Positions 26,151-39,666 are shown, counted from the first letter of the stretch. The stretch: DNA of 64,000 nt from Octopus sinensis (GCF_006345805.1 NC_042997.1:111662001-111726000); one strand, 5' to 3'. The notes: generated by a model not told the origin, from the letters alone. Numbers and translations: made by a program.

Positions 26151-27000
26151 CTTAAACCAGCTTAAGATCTGACCTTATTAGTCCTGTGGTTTGGGAAAAA
26201 GAAAAAAATACCAGGCAGCCTCTGGGGACAAGAGCAGAAGTAACCCTCAGAAATAAAAGTCTAGAACCCACCCACAGATAACCCCACTTCTATCATCAAA
26301 TCCCTTGTATTGGTTTATGAACAGAAAAAAAAACAAAAGATACAGGAGGAGAGAACTCTTTACCCTCAAAATATGATATTGGGTGAAAGGAACACTTTGG
26401 TTGAAAATTATACAAGGTAAAGGGGACTAACTTCAATCACAATCTACCGAATAGAAACAAAAGTTAATAAAGGAAGCTCGAGGAGAAGAGAAAAATCAAT
26501 TCAAAGAAGATACAACAGACACTGAACCTAATTAATAGAAAACTAGCAATCAATTGATCAAAACAATGAAGGAGCCTTTATGTGGTCACCTGCTAGAAAT
26601 AGTAGTAAAACCTCCCACAAATAACACACTACTGTCTTAACCCTTTTCATAACAATCAGCTTGAGAAATACCTCTTGTTCTATGCTACAAACTTCCTGTT
26701 TTAAAATGATCTCAAAGCCTTCTGTTAAAATTTGGAATTTTGATGGCTTTAATTCATTTCCAGTACCAGCTTAATAGTTTCAAATTTTGGCACAAGGCCA
26801 GCAATTTCAGGGGGTTGAAGTGAACTGGATTACATCAATTCCAGTACTTCTTTTCTTGAAGCCCAGTGCTTATATTGGTCTCTTTTGCCAAACTGTTAAG
26901 TTATGGGGATGGAAACACACTAACACCATTTGTGAAGTAGTGATGGGAAACAGACAAGCATAACATATATACACATATTATATATATATATATACACACA

Positions 27001-27595
27001 CTCAGACAACTGCGCTGGTATGATTATGAGTTGCGAATGAATGAGTTCAGTGCAAAAGTGTCACACCCTAGCAGTTGAGGAAACCTGTGGAAGAGGTAGA
27101 CCCATGAAAACCTGGGATGAGGTAGTGAAGCATGACTAGTGACCGGGACCTTTGGAGATATGCTGTGCTTGAGAAGACCTGACAAGCCAAGTGAGACCAT
27201 AGCTCATGGCCTATGCCAGTGGGTGTAACTAGCCCATTTATGAATACCTCTCATTCATTGGACAATAAACCTTGCTTGTGAAGATACTGAGGCAAGTGAA
27301 GTTAAAATCAAAATTGCTGATGTGGCCGATGACAGTACCACCTGATTGGCACTCGTGCCAGTGGAACGTTAAAAGCACATCCGAACGTGGGGTGTAACTG
27401 GCCCACTTATGAGTACCCCTCATTCATTGGACAATGAACTTTACTTGCAAAGACCTACTGAGGCAAGTGTAAACAAATCAAAATAACTGACGTGACAGAT
27501 CAGATTGAGCCTGGTGCAGCCTGTGGCTCACCAGTCCTCAGTCAAACTGTCCAACCCATGCCAGCATAGAAAGCAGATGTAAAACGATGATGATG
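27001..27595 (+). mobile_element. RTE-clade LINE 3' end (ORF C-terminus plus 3' UTR)
   Basis: RQLRWYD..//KCHTLAVEETCGRGRPMKTWDEVVKHD is a typical RTE C-terminus. The 3' UTR holds a family A unit and ends in (GAT)n. Confidence 0.85.
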
Positions 27596-28099
27596 TTACA
27601 CATATATACACACACAACAGGCTTCTTTCAGTTTTCATCACACAAATCCACTCACAAGACTGGTTGGTCCAAGGATATAGTTGAAAACACTTGCCTAAGG
27701 TAACACACAGTGGTACTGAACATGGAACCATGTGGTTGGGAAGCAAACTTCTTACCACACAGCTATGTCATGAACACATTATCAAAAACAAAAAAAAAGG
27801 ATGCAAACCCATAAAGCTCCCAAACTGCAATATGACATAAATTTCAGCCAATCAGAAACTAGCATTAACATTACAAAAACAACATTAAAAAAAAATATCC
27901 CCCCCTCAACAAATTCCAAACTCCACATAACTAATGTCCTTCAGGAATTCCTAAGCAAACATGGATGTTGTAAAAGTTCATGATTCTGTCAAGTCAGACA
28001 TATTGGAAATATGGCAATGAAAATGATGAAACTAGAAATGTACTTTTCGTTATACCATCATTATCACTGTTGCCATCGTCATGTCTGATTTTGCATGTG

Positions 28100-28700
28100 T
28101 GCATGAGCATGCAACTATTTACTGCCCATGCTCCATACTGGCATGGGCGGAATGGTTTGCCAGACTACAACAGCTCCAAGGACACACTATACACCATTGT
28201 CCACTTTGGCATGGTTTCTATGGCTGCAAGTCCTTCCTAATCATCATCATCATCATTTAACGTCTGCCTGCCATGCTAGCATGGGTGGGATGGTTTCACA
28301 AGAGCTGGCCAGGCAGAAGCCTGCAAAAGAGTGGACTTGGAGCTTTTATGTGGCACAAGCACAGGTGAGGTCAGTTTTGGCAAGGTTTTTACAGCTGGAT
28401 GCCCTTTCTAACACCAACCACTTCATAGTGTAAACTATGTCATCATTATCATCATCATCGTTTAACGTCCATTTTCTGTGCTAGCATGGGTTGGACGGTT
28501 TGACCAGAGGCTGCACCAGTCTCCAGTCTGATCTGGCAGTGTTTCTACAGCTGGATGCCCTTCTTAACGCCAACCACTCCGTGAGTGTAGTGGGTGCTTT
28601 TTACGTGCCACTGGCACAGGTGCCAGGGGAGGCTGGCAGCAGCCACAATTGGTTGGTGCTTTTTACATGCCGCCAGCAAAAGTATCATAACTACAATTTC
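28100..28700 (-). mobile_element. Cluster of three family A tails
   Basis: Two (CAT)n-led copies at 28241 and 28441, plus an upstream partial copy at ~28130. Confidence 0.75.
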
Positions 28701-28744
28701 CATTTGATTATATATGTGCACTATTGGTGACGTCCTGTACCCAT

Positions 28745-28772
28745 ATCTCTCTCTCTCTCTCTTTATATGTAT

Positions 28773-28869
<97 letters not shown>

Positions 28870-28874
28870 AGGGG

Positions 28875-28908
<34 letters not shown>

Positions 28909-28950
28909 GAGGGAGAGAGAGAGAGGGAGAGAGGAGAGAGGAGAGAGAGG
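28745..28950. repeat. (CT)n/(TA)n/(GA)n compound microsatellite
   Basis: Direct reading. Confidence 0.95.
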
Positions 28951-29009
28951 TCTCACTCATCGGTTTTGAAGATCTAACTTGACAGCATGCACAGCCTCTT
29001 GGTAAACAT

Positions 29010-29745
29010 ACAGGACATGGATGTTTGGACATGCAGCTCCAGCAGCTTTGGGAAGGAAATTGCCTGGCCAAGATAACAACTATACATGTTTGGAGAATAC
29101 ATCTCCAGATAACATGCTTAACAGTGCCTCTTATGCCACCCAATGGCAAAGAAGCTCCAGTCCATTTGCAAGAGACATGGCTGGAGATCTTGTGGGTGGA
29201 GCATTGTAGAGAGTGTGTACCGGTTCTTGAACTGACTACCAGCTCCATCATTGAACATGTGGTGTTTGGAGAATGTAGCAGCCTGCATAGCATTAACAAG
29301 TACAGCTTTATTGAAAGCATCCACTGAAACCATGTCATGGTGCAACTCATCACTTACCTATTTCTTTACTACCCACAAGGGGCTAAACACAGAGGGGACA
29401 AACAAGGACAGACAAACGAATTAAGTCGATAACATCGACTCCGGTGTGTAACTGATACTTAATTTATCGACCCTGAAAGGATGAAAGGCAAAGTCGACCT
29501 CGGCAGAATTTGAACTCAGAACGTAACAGCAGACGAAATACAGCTATGCATTTTGCCTGGCGTGCTAATGTTTCTGCCAGCTCGACGCCTTCGAAACTCA
29601 TCACTTACTACGACATAAGAGCTAGTGCTGCTGTAAATGATATTTCCCCATCTAAAACCCCAGATGTTTTAAGTTGAGGTTTTCTGAGAAGTCTTCTTGT
29701 AAGACTGTCTCATTTGCTGCAAGGTTTCGTTTTAGCCATTTTACC
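29010..29745 (-). pseudogene. Transposase relic, Sola2-like DDD family, split by a SINE
   Basis: Frame-shifted pieces KRNLAANETVLQEDFSEN, SYVVVSDELHHD, FNDGAGSQFKNRY..WSFFA and GIRGTVKHVIWR. The family assignment is from recalled motifs. Confidence 0.65.
29358..29594 (-). mobile_element. Full-length CORE-type SINE with 14-bp TSD
   Basis: AACTCATCACTTAC at 29344-29357 and 29595-29608; intact head and CORE. Confidence 0.9.
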
Positions 29746-31329
29746 TACGGGAGTTGAATCATAACCACAGGCGTGTGCCGTCCGAGGTATCCCAATTGTA
29801 ATACGAGCAACCTCACAAAACACTTACATAACTGATGCAACATACCTACTGTTGTGTCAGTTATGTGTTGCAACAGTTACAAGACCCTCTTTAATATTCA
29901 AGAAAATATAAAGCACCATGTATAAGAATGAAATCACCCCCTCACAGCATGTCATAATGGTTGTAATGTTTTAAAGTTATTATTTGTCAGGATTTTGTAA
30001 ACTAAACTTATAATGCCAAAATATAATTGGCACAACAAATTCTAATGGCCACAGTAAATTCTGTTTTTGCCGACAGACAGGATGATCTTCCAAAAAATAA
30101 CCCTGCCAAACTGTAGTTTTAAGCTAGTTCTTCCCGAAAATACATCTTTATAAAATGGAAAGTTTATTTTCTTCGAGTGGCAGTCATATTTCCATCTAGT
30201 CAACTGGATCCAAGATGGCTGCCCTGCAGAATTTTGGTTTCTTTTTTTTTGAATCCTATTGGTTCATATGAACATAAAAATGCATAAATCATGGTGGCAC
30301 AGTTTTATTATAATTCTTCAGTTTTTGTCTCCTTTTGCGTGGACTTGCCCTTCCTCTTTCTGATGAAGAGCCAAGCTCAAGATGTCATTTTCATTCCTAT
30401 TTTTCCATCGAAAACTTACACTAAGCATCAATCCAATTCGCCGTGTGCGTCTAATTGACATTTGTTGTTTTTGATTGTGTGTGTGCTTGTGTGTGTGTGT
30501 GTGTGTGTACACAATTTTTTTAAAAGGAAAGCTCAATGAGATTGATGAGCAAATTAAGGATCTGTAGATCAATAAAATTTGGAGTAGAAAAAATTTTTTA
30601 AAAAACTTCTATCAGCAGAGAAATTTCCAGTGGGTTAAAGTGTGGTAGAAGAAAGATTGGCAAAATTGCTTTAGTTTGGGGCCTGAAGAATAAGTAAGTA
30701 GAACTAACACCATTTTAATGCAAATTAGCCAAAACGAAGCCGAAATGAAATTTCTTCCAAAACACCAAATATATTTTGGCTAAATTACACACACAGACAC
30801 ACACTTTCAGCTTTAGATAATTTTGGACAATGTTCCATAAAGCTATTTCAAGATTCAAATTAAGTTGCCAAAAAAAAAAAAAGAAAAAGAAAAGAAAAGA
30901 AAAAGAAAGAAAGGAAAAAAAGAAGAAAGTATTAAGAACTGAACAGTTCTATGGAGGTGGGGAAAAGCCCTCACAACCCTAACCCTAATTTCTACCCTTT
31001 TATCAAAATGTTTCCCTGCCCCTTCATATACACTGTTGTAAATTTCCTTTAATTCAATTATTGAGAGACAGGTTAGTCCAGTGCCAAGTAAAAGAAAAGG
31101 TTATTGAACTTTATTTTTTGTCTTGAAAAGAAAATGGGAAATTTTGGAAACTTCTGAAGAACCCCAACTTACACCTCCACCAATGAACAAAAGGAGTGTA
31201 AGAGGTGGGGGACTTGAGCCAAAATTAAATAATTAACCCTTTAGTATTCAGATTGTGTCAAATGTAATACTCTCTTTACTCTTGTTTCAGTCATTTAACT
31301 GTGGCCATGCTGGAGCACTTTCTACTGGA

Positions 31330-31710
31330 AGGACAAGGCCTCAAATTTGGGGGAAGAGATTAAGTCGATTACGTCAACCCCAGTGTGTAACTGGTACTTA
31401 TTCAATTGACCCTGAAAGGATGAATGGCAAAGTCAACATCAGTTGAACTCAGAATGTAGTGGCAGACGAAATACCTATTTCTTTACTGCCCACAAGGGGC
31501 TAAACACAGAGAGGACAAACAAGGACAGACAAAGGGATTAAGTCAATTATATCGACACCAGTGCGTAACTGGTACTTATTTAATCGACCCCGAAAGGATG
31601 AAAGGCAAAGTCGACCTTGGCGGAATTTGAACTCAGAACGTAACGGCAGACGAAATACTGGTGAGCATTTCGCTTGGCGTGCTAACGCTTCTGCCAGCTC
31701 ACCGCTTTAT
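31330..31710 (-). mobile_element. Tandem CORE-type SINEs
   Basis: Two CORE boxes with the CCCACAAGGGGCTAAACAC tail; a similar pair lies at 45985-46390. Confidence 0.8.
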
Positions 31711-32894
31711 CCATTTAAATAATAATAATTGTCCTTAATATCAATTTCAGATTTTGACACAAGGCCAGCAATTTCAGAGGAGGGGTAAGTTGATTACATT
31801 GACCAAAGTGTGCAAAAGGTACTTATTTATCAATCCTGAAAGGACAAAATGATGTTGGACAACCAAGGAGGTGGAGGCGTCCTAGACCAACAGCTTGAAG
31901 GTTATTGCTGCCAAACAGAAGATCTATGTGATCAGACAATGGTTGGGCCTCAACTAGCAAGTGAGCTGCATCTGTGAAGACAGCCCATCATCAACCATGC
32001 ATGTGGTATATATGTACACCACATGGTACCTGGTGTGGAGGCCAAGAGAGGCAATCTGATGGGTGGGTAGGAGGCCAATGTAGCCGACTGCCTTACTCAC
32101 TGTCCAAGGCAATTTGTTGAGAGATGTGGGAAGCCGTGACAATGGAATGACAACGACGACAAGCTCTGCACCAAATTTACCATCTTTGTGCACACAGTAA
32201 AAAAAGAGAAGGAAGAACAAGACATTTGCCCCCTCCCCTTTCTTGCTATCACTCCTCCCCCTCTCCATCTCATTTATGAACTACGGAGAAGAGTAAAGAG
32301 TAAAACCAAGATATCAAAAACAATGCTATGGGCCATCATTAATATCTTCATTTAATTTATTCACAGACCTTTCCATACAATAGCTCTATTATTATTATTA
32401 TTATTATTTAAAATGGTTTTTACATAATGCGAAAATAAATCCAAGAGAAATTCTATAAAAATTGAATTAGTAAAAAAATAAAATACAGTTTTGCCACTGG
32501 CAATGATGACCTGCAATTAGTATTGATACTCTCTGTATCACACAAAATCAATAAATTAAACATAATCTCTACAAAAAGTGTCTTCTGTTACAGCTCCAAG
32601 CCAACCAATGTCTTGTGAGTAAATATTGTAAACAGAAACTGTGTGGAAGCCCTTCATATATAATTTACGTTTCAAACACCAGTTCAATAATCCTTACTAT
32701 AAAGCACAAGGCCTGAAATTTGAGGGGAGAGGGTAGGTCTGTAACATCAACCGCAATACTTGACTAGTACCCATTTTATCAACCCTGAAAGGATGAAAAA
32801 CAAAGTCAACCATGGCAGAATTTGAACTCAGAATGTCAAGATGGACAACCTGTTGCATTTTGCCACCTTGCCACTTTACACTAGCGCAACCCTT

Positions 32895-33124
32895 GTAACC
32901 CTTTTGTTACCGTATTTATTTTGAGATGTTCTATGTTTCTTTCAATTAATTTTAAATATAACAGAGAATTTAGTAAAATAACTTAGTTATCATTAAGCTA
33001 GTGTTAGGAACATAAATTGTGACTAAAGTTTGGTGGAAGATTTTAATTCAGAACTTTTGAAAACAAGACATTTGTACTACAAAGCCAGAGGCAGTATCAG
33101 GTGGGTTGGTAATGAAAGGCTTAA
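32895..33124. mobile_element. piggyBac-type MITE, third copy
   Basis: Same body as 4801-5030; ends GTAACCCTTTTGTTAC / GGTAATGAAAGGCTTAA. Confidence 0.7.
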
Positions 33125-34930
33125 TAAAGACATTGTTTTGTTATGTTTCAAAACTTGATTGAAACAAAGGTAGTTAACTCTGTATTTCCCCTGCCCTATT
33201 TCTATTGGCATCCTGGTCGCTAACATGCCATTGTCCTTAATCACCATCCTTAATGAAGAGACAATGTCACAAGAGGGCACCCACTCACTACCAATTGTCC
33301 TTGTTACGGATATTACTCAAAAGCTAATTAAAATAGACTCAACTTGACTGACAGTGACTGATCTATGGTGATATAATCATCATCATGTAATGTCTGTTTT
33401 TCCATGCTGGCATGGGTTGGACGGTTTGACAGGAGCTGGCGAGTTAGAAGACTGCACCAAATTCTTATATCCATTTTGGCATGGTTTCTATGACTGGATT
33501 CCCTCCCTAATGCCAACCACTTTACAGAATGCACTGGGTGCTTTTTCATACAGCATATTTTTAATGGCTGATGTGTTAGATGTTAAGTTACTTATTTTTA
33601 ATGGTTCATGTCATCATCATCATTGATTAACGTCCGCTTTCCATGCTAGCATGTGTTAGACGATTTGACTGAGGGCGGGCAAACCAGATGGCTGCACCAG
33701 GCTCCAATCTTGATCCGGTTTTATGTGCCACCAGCACGGAGGCCAGTTAGCCGCTCTAGCAACGATCATGCTCGGATGGTGCTCTTAGTACCCTACTAGC
33801 ACGGGGCTTAAATGCCAAACATTTAATATATTAACACAAGATGCCTCATATTTTTAATGGTTAGTGCATTAAATGTTAAAAGTTACCAATAATTTTAACA
33901 GCCCATGTAGCAAATGTTTCGAAGTTTCCTATTACCTTTAATGGCCTGTGTGTCTAAACATTACATCAAATACTCAACTTAAAATACAGGTATAGTACCA
34001 TTTAATTATATTTCTTGGGTCAGTGGTTGGCTTTAAGATGGTCGTCAGGTGCTAAAAACACTGGCTGGATAATCCAAGAAATCTCAAAGCTAATAATGGA
34101 TGCTGCTTTAATTATGGCAGATTCATAAAATATAACATAATAATTATAGTGAAAGAGCTTGGAATTTTTTTTCGACAACAACAACAATGATAATAATAAT
34201 AGAGAAAAATCTTAGAGTTCTTTGCAGTATTTTCTTTACACTCAGTTAATGTGTGAATAGCTGTAACAAGCAACTGTGTAATTAGCCAGTTAGACAGGTA
34301 CTTAACATCAGATTAATTTTCATCTGTCTATTCTCAACCTGACAATCACAGCTTTCGTTTACAACAGCCTCATTAAAAAAAACCCACAAAAACAAACAAA
34401 CAAGGTACTGGAATTTCGTTGGTTCGTTTATCTTTTATCCTGTATCTTTTACTTGTTTTCATTGGACTGTGGCCATGCTGGGGCATCCTCTTGAAGGGTT
34501 TCAGTCAAACAAATCAATCTAGTTTTTGTCTTTTTTGGGGATTTTTTTTTTTTTGAAGTCTGGTAATTATTTTATTGGTCTCTTTTGCCACACTGCAAAG
34601 TTACAGGGATGTAAACAAACAAATACCAATTGTCAAATGATTGAGAAACAGGCTCACTCAATGAGCTTCCTCACAGTTTCCGCCAACCAAATTCACTCAC
34701 AAGGCTTGAAGACATTTGCAAAGGTGCTGTGCAGTGAGACGGAACTTAAGCCCTGTGGTTACAAAGCAAGTGTCCTATATATTTTAATTGTCATTTTATA
34801 TGCACACTGCCTGGTTGTATATTTAGCAATTTGTTTTACACAAAGAAAAAAAATAGTGTTTGTTAAATGGATGCATTTAGGACATTGTCAAGAAGCTTAT
34901 CTCTAGAAATGTCAGTGTTGATTACATCAA

Positions 34931-35310
34931 CAGGCACAGGTATGGCTGTGTGGCATGAAGCTTGCTTCCCAACCACATGGTTCTGGGTTCAGTCCCACTG
35001 TGTGGCACCTTTGGCAAGTGTCTTTTATTATATCCTTGGGTCAACCAAAGTCTTGTGGATGAATTTGGTAGATGGAAACTGAAAGAAGCCCATTGTGTGT
35101 GTGTATGTTTGTGTCTGCCCCCTCCCCCATCGCTTGACAACCAATGTTGGCATGTTTATGTCTCCTTTAACTTAGCAGTTCGGCAAAAGATACCGATAAA
35201 ATAATAAATACTAGGCTTACAAAGAACAAACCTAGGGTCGATTTGTTTGACTAAAGGCGGTGCTTCAGCATGGCCGCAGTCAAATGACTGAAACAAGTAA
35301 AAGAATACAA
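34931..35310 (+). mobile_element. Near full-length family B tRNA SINE
   Basis: Head, GGAAACTGAAAGAAGCCC box, (TG)n and CAGCATGGCCGCAGTCAAATGACTGAAACAAGTAAAAG end. Confidence 0.85.
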
Positions 35311-36284
35311 GTAAAATAAATTTATTACAGTTGAAATATCTGAAAAGCATTCAAGCTGAACGACCTTCTGATATATTCTTCAATGGTGACAACGACTGAG
35401 CTTTAATTTGGAATTGTCAACCAGCTGATCATCACCAATATCGGGTTAATGTCCAGGTGTCCATGCTTGCATGGTTTGGTGGAATTTGGAGAGGCAGATT
35501 CTTTTTTATGGTTGAATGCCCTTCCTGTCACCAACCCTCACTTGCTTCCAAGCAGGGTAATGCCCCACCATGATTGGACAAGCTTTCAGGGAAAATTGGA
35601 AGTGAAACAGCACTACTTGTGTGAGTGATGCTCATAATTGTTGCATAACAGGGAAGATAAGGAAACCACACACACACACACACGTCAATAGGACAGCCTG
35701 TTTGTGAAATTAATGTGCGAGTGGCTGAGCACTCCACAGACATGCACACCCTAAACGTAGTTCTCAGAGAGATTCAGTGTGACGCAGAATACGATAAGGC
35801 TGACCCTTTGTATTACAGGTACAATATTTTTGCCAGCTGAGTGGACAAGAGCATGAAATAAAGGGTCTTGCTCAAGGACACAACATGCTGCCAGGAATTG
35901 AACTCGTGACCTTACAATCATCAGCTGGATATCCTAACCATTAAGCCACACACACAAGTTTCTTTCAGTTTCCATTTACCAAATCCACTCGTAAGGTTTT
36001 GATTGACCTAGGGCTATAGTGGAAGACACTAGTCCAAGGTGCCGTCTAGTAGGACTGAACCTAGATTCATGCAGTTGAGAAGGTGTCAGCGTGAGGAAGA
36101 TTGACAAAGTCATAAAAATACATTTCACCACAAGTCTGCTCAATTGGAGATGACTTGGGATTCAACAACAACAAGAGTCAATAAGTGAAACTATGTAGTC
36201 ACTTAACTTGCTAGAAGTAGTAGCAAAATCTCCCTCAAATGAAATCCCTTTCTTTTTAAAAGAAAAGGAAACATTTGAGAATAT

Positions 36285-36725
36285 ACTTTTCTACACTAGG
36301 TACAAGGCCCGAAATTTTGGGGGAGGGGGAACAATCGATTAGATCAACCCAATATGCAACTGGTACTCAATTTATTGACCCCAAAAGGATGAAAGGCAAA
36401 GTCAACCTCAGCAAAATTTGAACTCAGAACATAATGGTAGACGAAATACCATTAAGCATTTCACCTAGCATGCTAACGTTTCTGCCAACTTGCCGCCTTC
36501 TAAAAATAATCCTTTTCTACTCTAGACACAAGGCCCGAAATTTTGGGGGAGGGGGCCAGCCGATTAGATCGACCCCAGGATGTAACTGGTACTTAGTTTA
36601 TCGACCCTGAAAGGATGAAAGGCAAAGTCGACCTCAGAGGAATTTTAACTCAGAACATAACGGCAGACGAAATACCACTAAGCATTTCGCCCGGCACGCT
36701 AACGTTTCTGCCAGCTTGCTGCCAT
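36285..36725 (-). mobile_element. Two tandem CORE-type SINEs
   Basis: Two reverse head plus CORE units. Confidence 0.85.
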
Positions 36726-36999
36726 ATTTGTGAATATAGTCCAAGGTAAATAATGGCTGAGTACAAAAAAGAAAAGAGAAAGACAAAAAAAAAAAAACAG
36801 GATGGTCACTGCTGAAACCTCTTTGCTCAATAAGAGCTTAACTGATTTTGAACAGAGGAAATATGGAGCTGATCGGAGAAGGAAATGATGATTTTTAGTA
36901 ACAAAAGACTCCCTACAGAATTGCTGAAGACCCTTTGACAACACCAAAACTGACCCTTACATCAACAGACTACACGTTCAACTATAGAATTGATTGCTC

Positions 37000-37280
37000 A
37001 ACCAGAACTGATCTGGAGTTACCTTGCTGCATTACAGGGCAGACTGCTCAGACAAATACCTCAGGGACACCTTGCTCTGCCCAAGAACTGACTGCTTAAC
37101 TTGAACTATCTTGGGCTCATCTTGCTGTATCATACGGTTGATTGCTCAGAGTGAAACACCTTGGGGTCACCTTGCTCTACCATAGAAATGACTGCTCAGC
37201 TGAAGCGACCCAAGGCCCACCTTGCTGCTGTGCCACAGGACTGACTGCTCAGTCAGAGCTAACCTGGGGCTAACCTGAGG
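37000..37280 (+). repeat. Degenerate ~50-bp tandem array (about 6 units)
   Basis: Recurring GA(C/T)TGCT(C/T)A ... ACCTTGCT motifs at ~49-53-bp spacing. Confidence 0.75.
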
Positions 37281-38058
37281 TAGGGGTGGGCCATTGTGCA
37301 GCACTATAAGACTGATGGCAAGCTCCACGACACCACCAACAACTACCCCACCCCACCCCTCTCCATTCCTAACATTCTACTGCATCATCTCAGACTTACA
37401 CAGCAGAATTCTTGCTAATAACCAGAACAATCTTCTCAAGAGATGATGATGCTGCTGCTGCTGCTGCTGGCATCGTCTTGAATTACTATCACATCTGGGA
37501 AATTTCACCTCTTCCAATGGAGGTTTTGGAAAGAACTTTGGCCAAATTTTCTCTCTCTCACCAATAACACCTCTGGTAGGTTTTTCATTAAATCACCAAT
37601 TCCACTAATATCATGTTCATAAACACACACACAACACATATACATACATTACTGTTTTAACATATATACTATTGTTTTATCATGCTTTTTGGAATGACTG
37701 TTTTTTCAGATTGGCACCACCCCTGCCTCTGAGTGGAACTTGTCCATATGTATGTATATTTATCTATCTAGGGTAAAATTTCCAAGATCTTTGTCCCTCA
37801 TCATCGCTACCATGTCCTGTGTCTCCCAGAGACCAGCATCTGTGCATAGGGCAGTTGTCTAATAAACAAATATTAGGTTGCCTCGATGTCTCTATGACAG
37901 GATATTCATCCAACACTTGGGATAATCACAGTGGCAATTGAAAACCAAACCTAGGATATATATATATATATATATACATATATATGTAGGTATGGTGACG
38001 CAAACAGGAAAAATAGAACTCAAAATATGAGTATGCGTATATTTTTGTTCATATTTAG

Positions 38059-38094
38059 CAGAAGCAACAGAGTAACTCAAGGGCCAAGAGTTTG
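38059..38094 (+). CDS. Candidate 36-nt micro-exon (QKQQSNSRAKSL in phase 0)
   Basis: Acceptor TTTTTGTTCATATTTAG| and donor TTG|GTAAGT; length is divisible by 3. Confidence 0.35.
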
Positions 38095-38162
38095 GTAAGT
38101 GCCAACACACGAAACTCTCAGACCTTGAGTCACTCTTGCTCCTGCTAAATATTAATACATAC

Positions 38163-38191
38163 TCACACATACACATATATATGTGTGTGTG

Positions 38192-38222
<31 letters not shown>

Positions 38223-38319
38223 ATATATATATGTGTGTGTGTGTATATATATTATATTATATATATATATATATATGTGTGTGTATACATATATATATAT
38301 ATATATGTGTGTGTGTATG

Positions 38320-38380
<61 letters not shown>

Positions 38381-38381
38381 T
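38163..38381. repeat. (TA)n/(TG)n compound microsatellite
   Basis: Direct reading. Confidence 0.95.
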
Positions 38382-38382
38382 A

Positions 38383-39666
38383 CTAGCTTAAAAGCCGCCC
38401 TGTTGGGCATATATAGCTTTTAAGCAACTGACCATGAATGGGAAGAACTGCAAACAGATCTCTGACTTGTTCTGGAGAATTTGTTGCAATTCCTTCCTCC
38501 AGAGTTATATCCCAATGATGATCATATTTGTCGCAAAAAAAATCATGTTAGAAAAAATAAATAAAAAACAAATAGCCAAAAACAATTGCAATAATGAAAA
38601 CATAGGAATCCAAAATTTCAGGATTGCAAGTCTGGATTCGATCCAGAATGTTTTTAATTTACTCCTGGAGTTCGTCTTTAGATTATAAAAAATTGGTATT
38701 GTACAAAAATATTTGTTGCAAAAAATCCCGTTAAAAAAACAACAACAAAAAACAAATTGCCGTAAACAGTCACAGTAATGAAAACTTGGGAATCCCAAAT
38801 TTCACAATTGCAGGTCTGGAATGTTTTTAATTTACTCACGGAGTCAGCCTGATTCCAAAATGGTATGATATGTTGGGCTACAGCCTCTAGGAGTAAAGTT
38901 GAAAAAGTGTGACACACTGACATTCACATTTAACATATGTTATAGTAAGACGGTGAGCTGGCAGAATCATTACCATGCCAGGCAAAATGCTTAGTGGTAT
39001 TTCGTCTGCCGCTATGTTCTGAGTTCAAATTCCGCCGAGGTTGACTTTGGCTTTCATCCTTTCAGGGTCGATTAAATAAGTACCAGTTACGCACTGGGGT
39101 CGATGTAATCAACTTAATCAGTTTGTCTGTCCCCTCTGTGTTTAGCCCCTTGTGGGTAGTAAAGAAATAGGTATTTCGTCCGACGTTAGGTTTTGAGTTC
39201 AAATTCAGGGTTGATGAAATTAGTACCAGTTATGTACTGGGGATCGATTTAATCAACTTAATCCCTTCCCCCAAAATTTGAGGCCTTGTGCTTCCAGTAG
39301 AAAGGATTTATTAAAGTTGAAAAAGTGTGACACACTAACATTCACATTTATTATATCAGATACGTTTAATTTTGGGGAAACTATATTTCAAAGTGTATTT
39401 TATACGCGCGCGCGCGTGCGTGCGTGCGTGTGTATTAAAGCAAAAAAATAAAACAAAAATGATAGTGTTCAGTATGTTGGCAACAGGAATTTGTCAAAGA
39501 GAAATGGTTAAACCAAGTTGTACATCATCTTCCTCTCACATACCCACTCTTTCTCCTTTATTATTACTCCCACTGCCACCATCAGCATTACTTTTAATAA
39601 AACGTCATTGAATAGTGTGAGAGGAAATCCAAGTGTGACACACTGACACTAGTTTTTGCATTTATC

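Noticed and set aside
29826-29866. Hairpin ACATAACTGA..TCAGTTATGT
   Set aside because: It is too short for a pre-miRNA and lies at the edge of a transposon relic.
30211-30223. YY1-like CAAGATGGCTGCC site
   Set aside because: It is a single short motif with no other promoter evidence.
37426-37575. Plus-strand AG..GTAGGT interval
   Set aside because: I could not find a frame that stays open across it.
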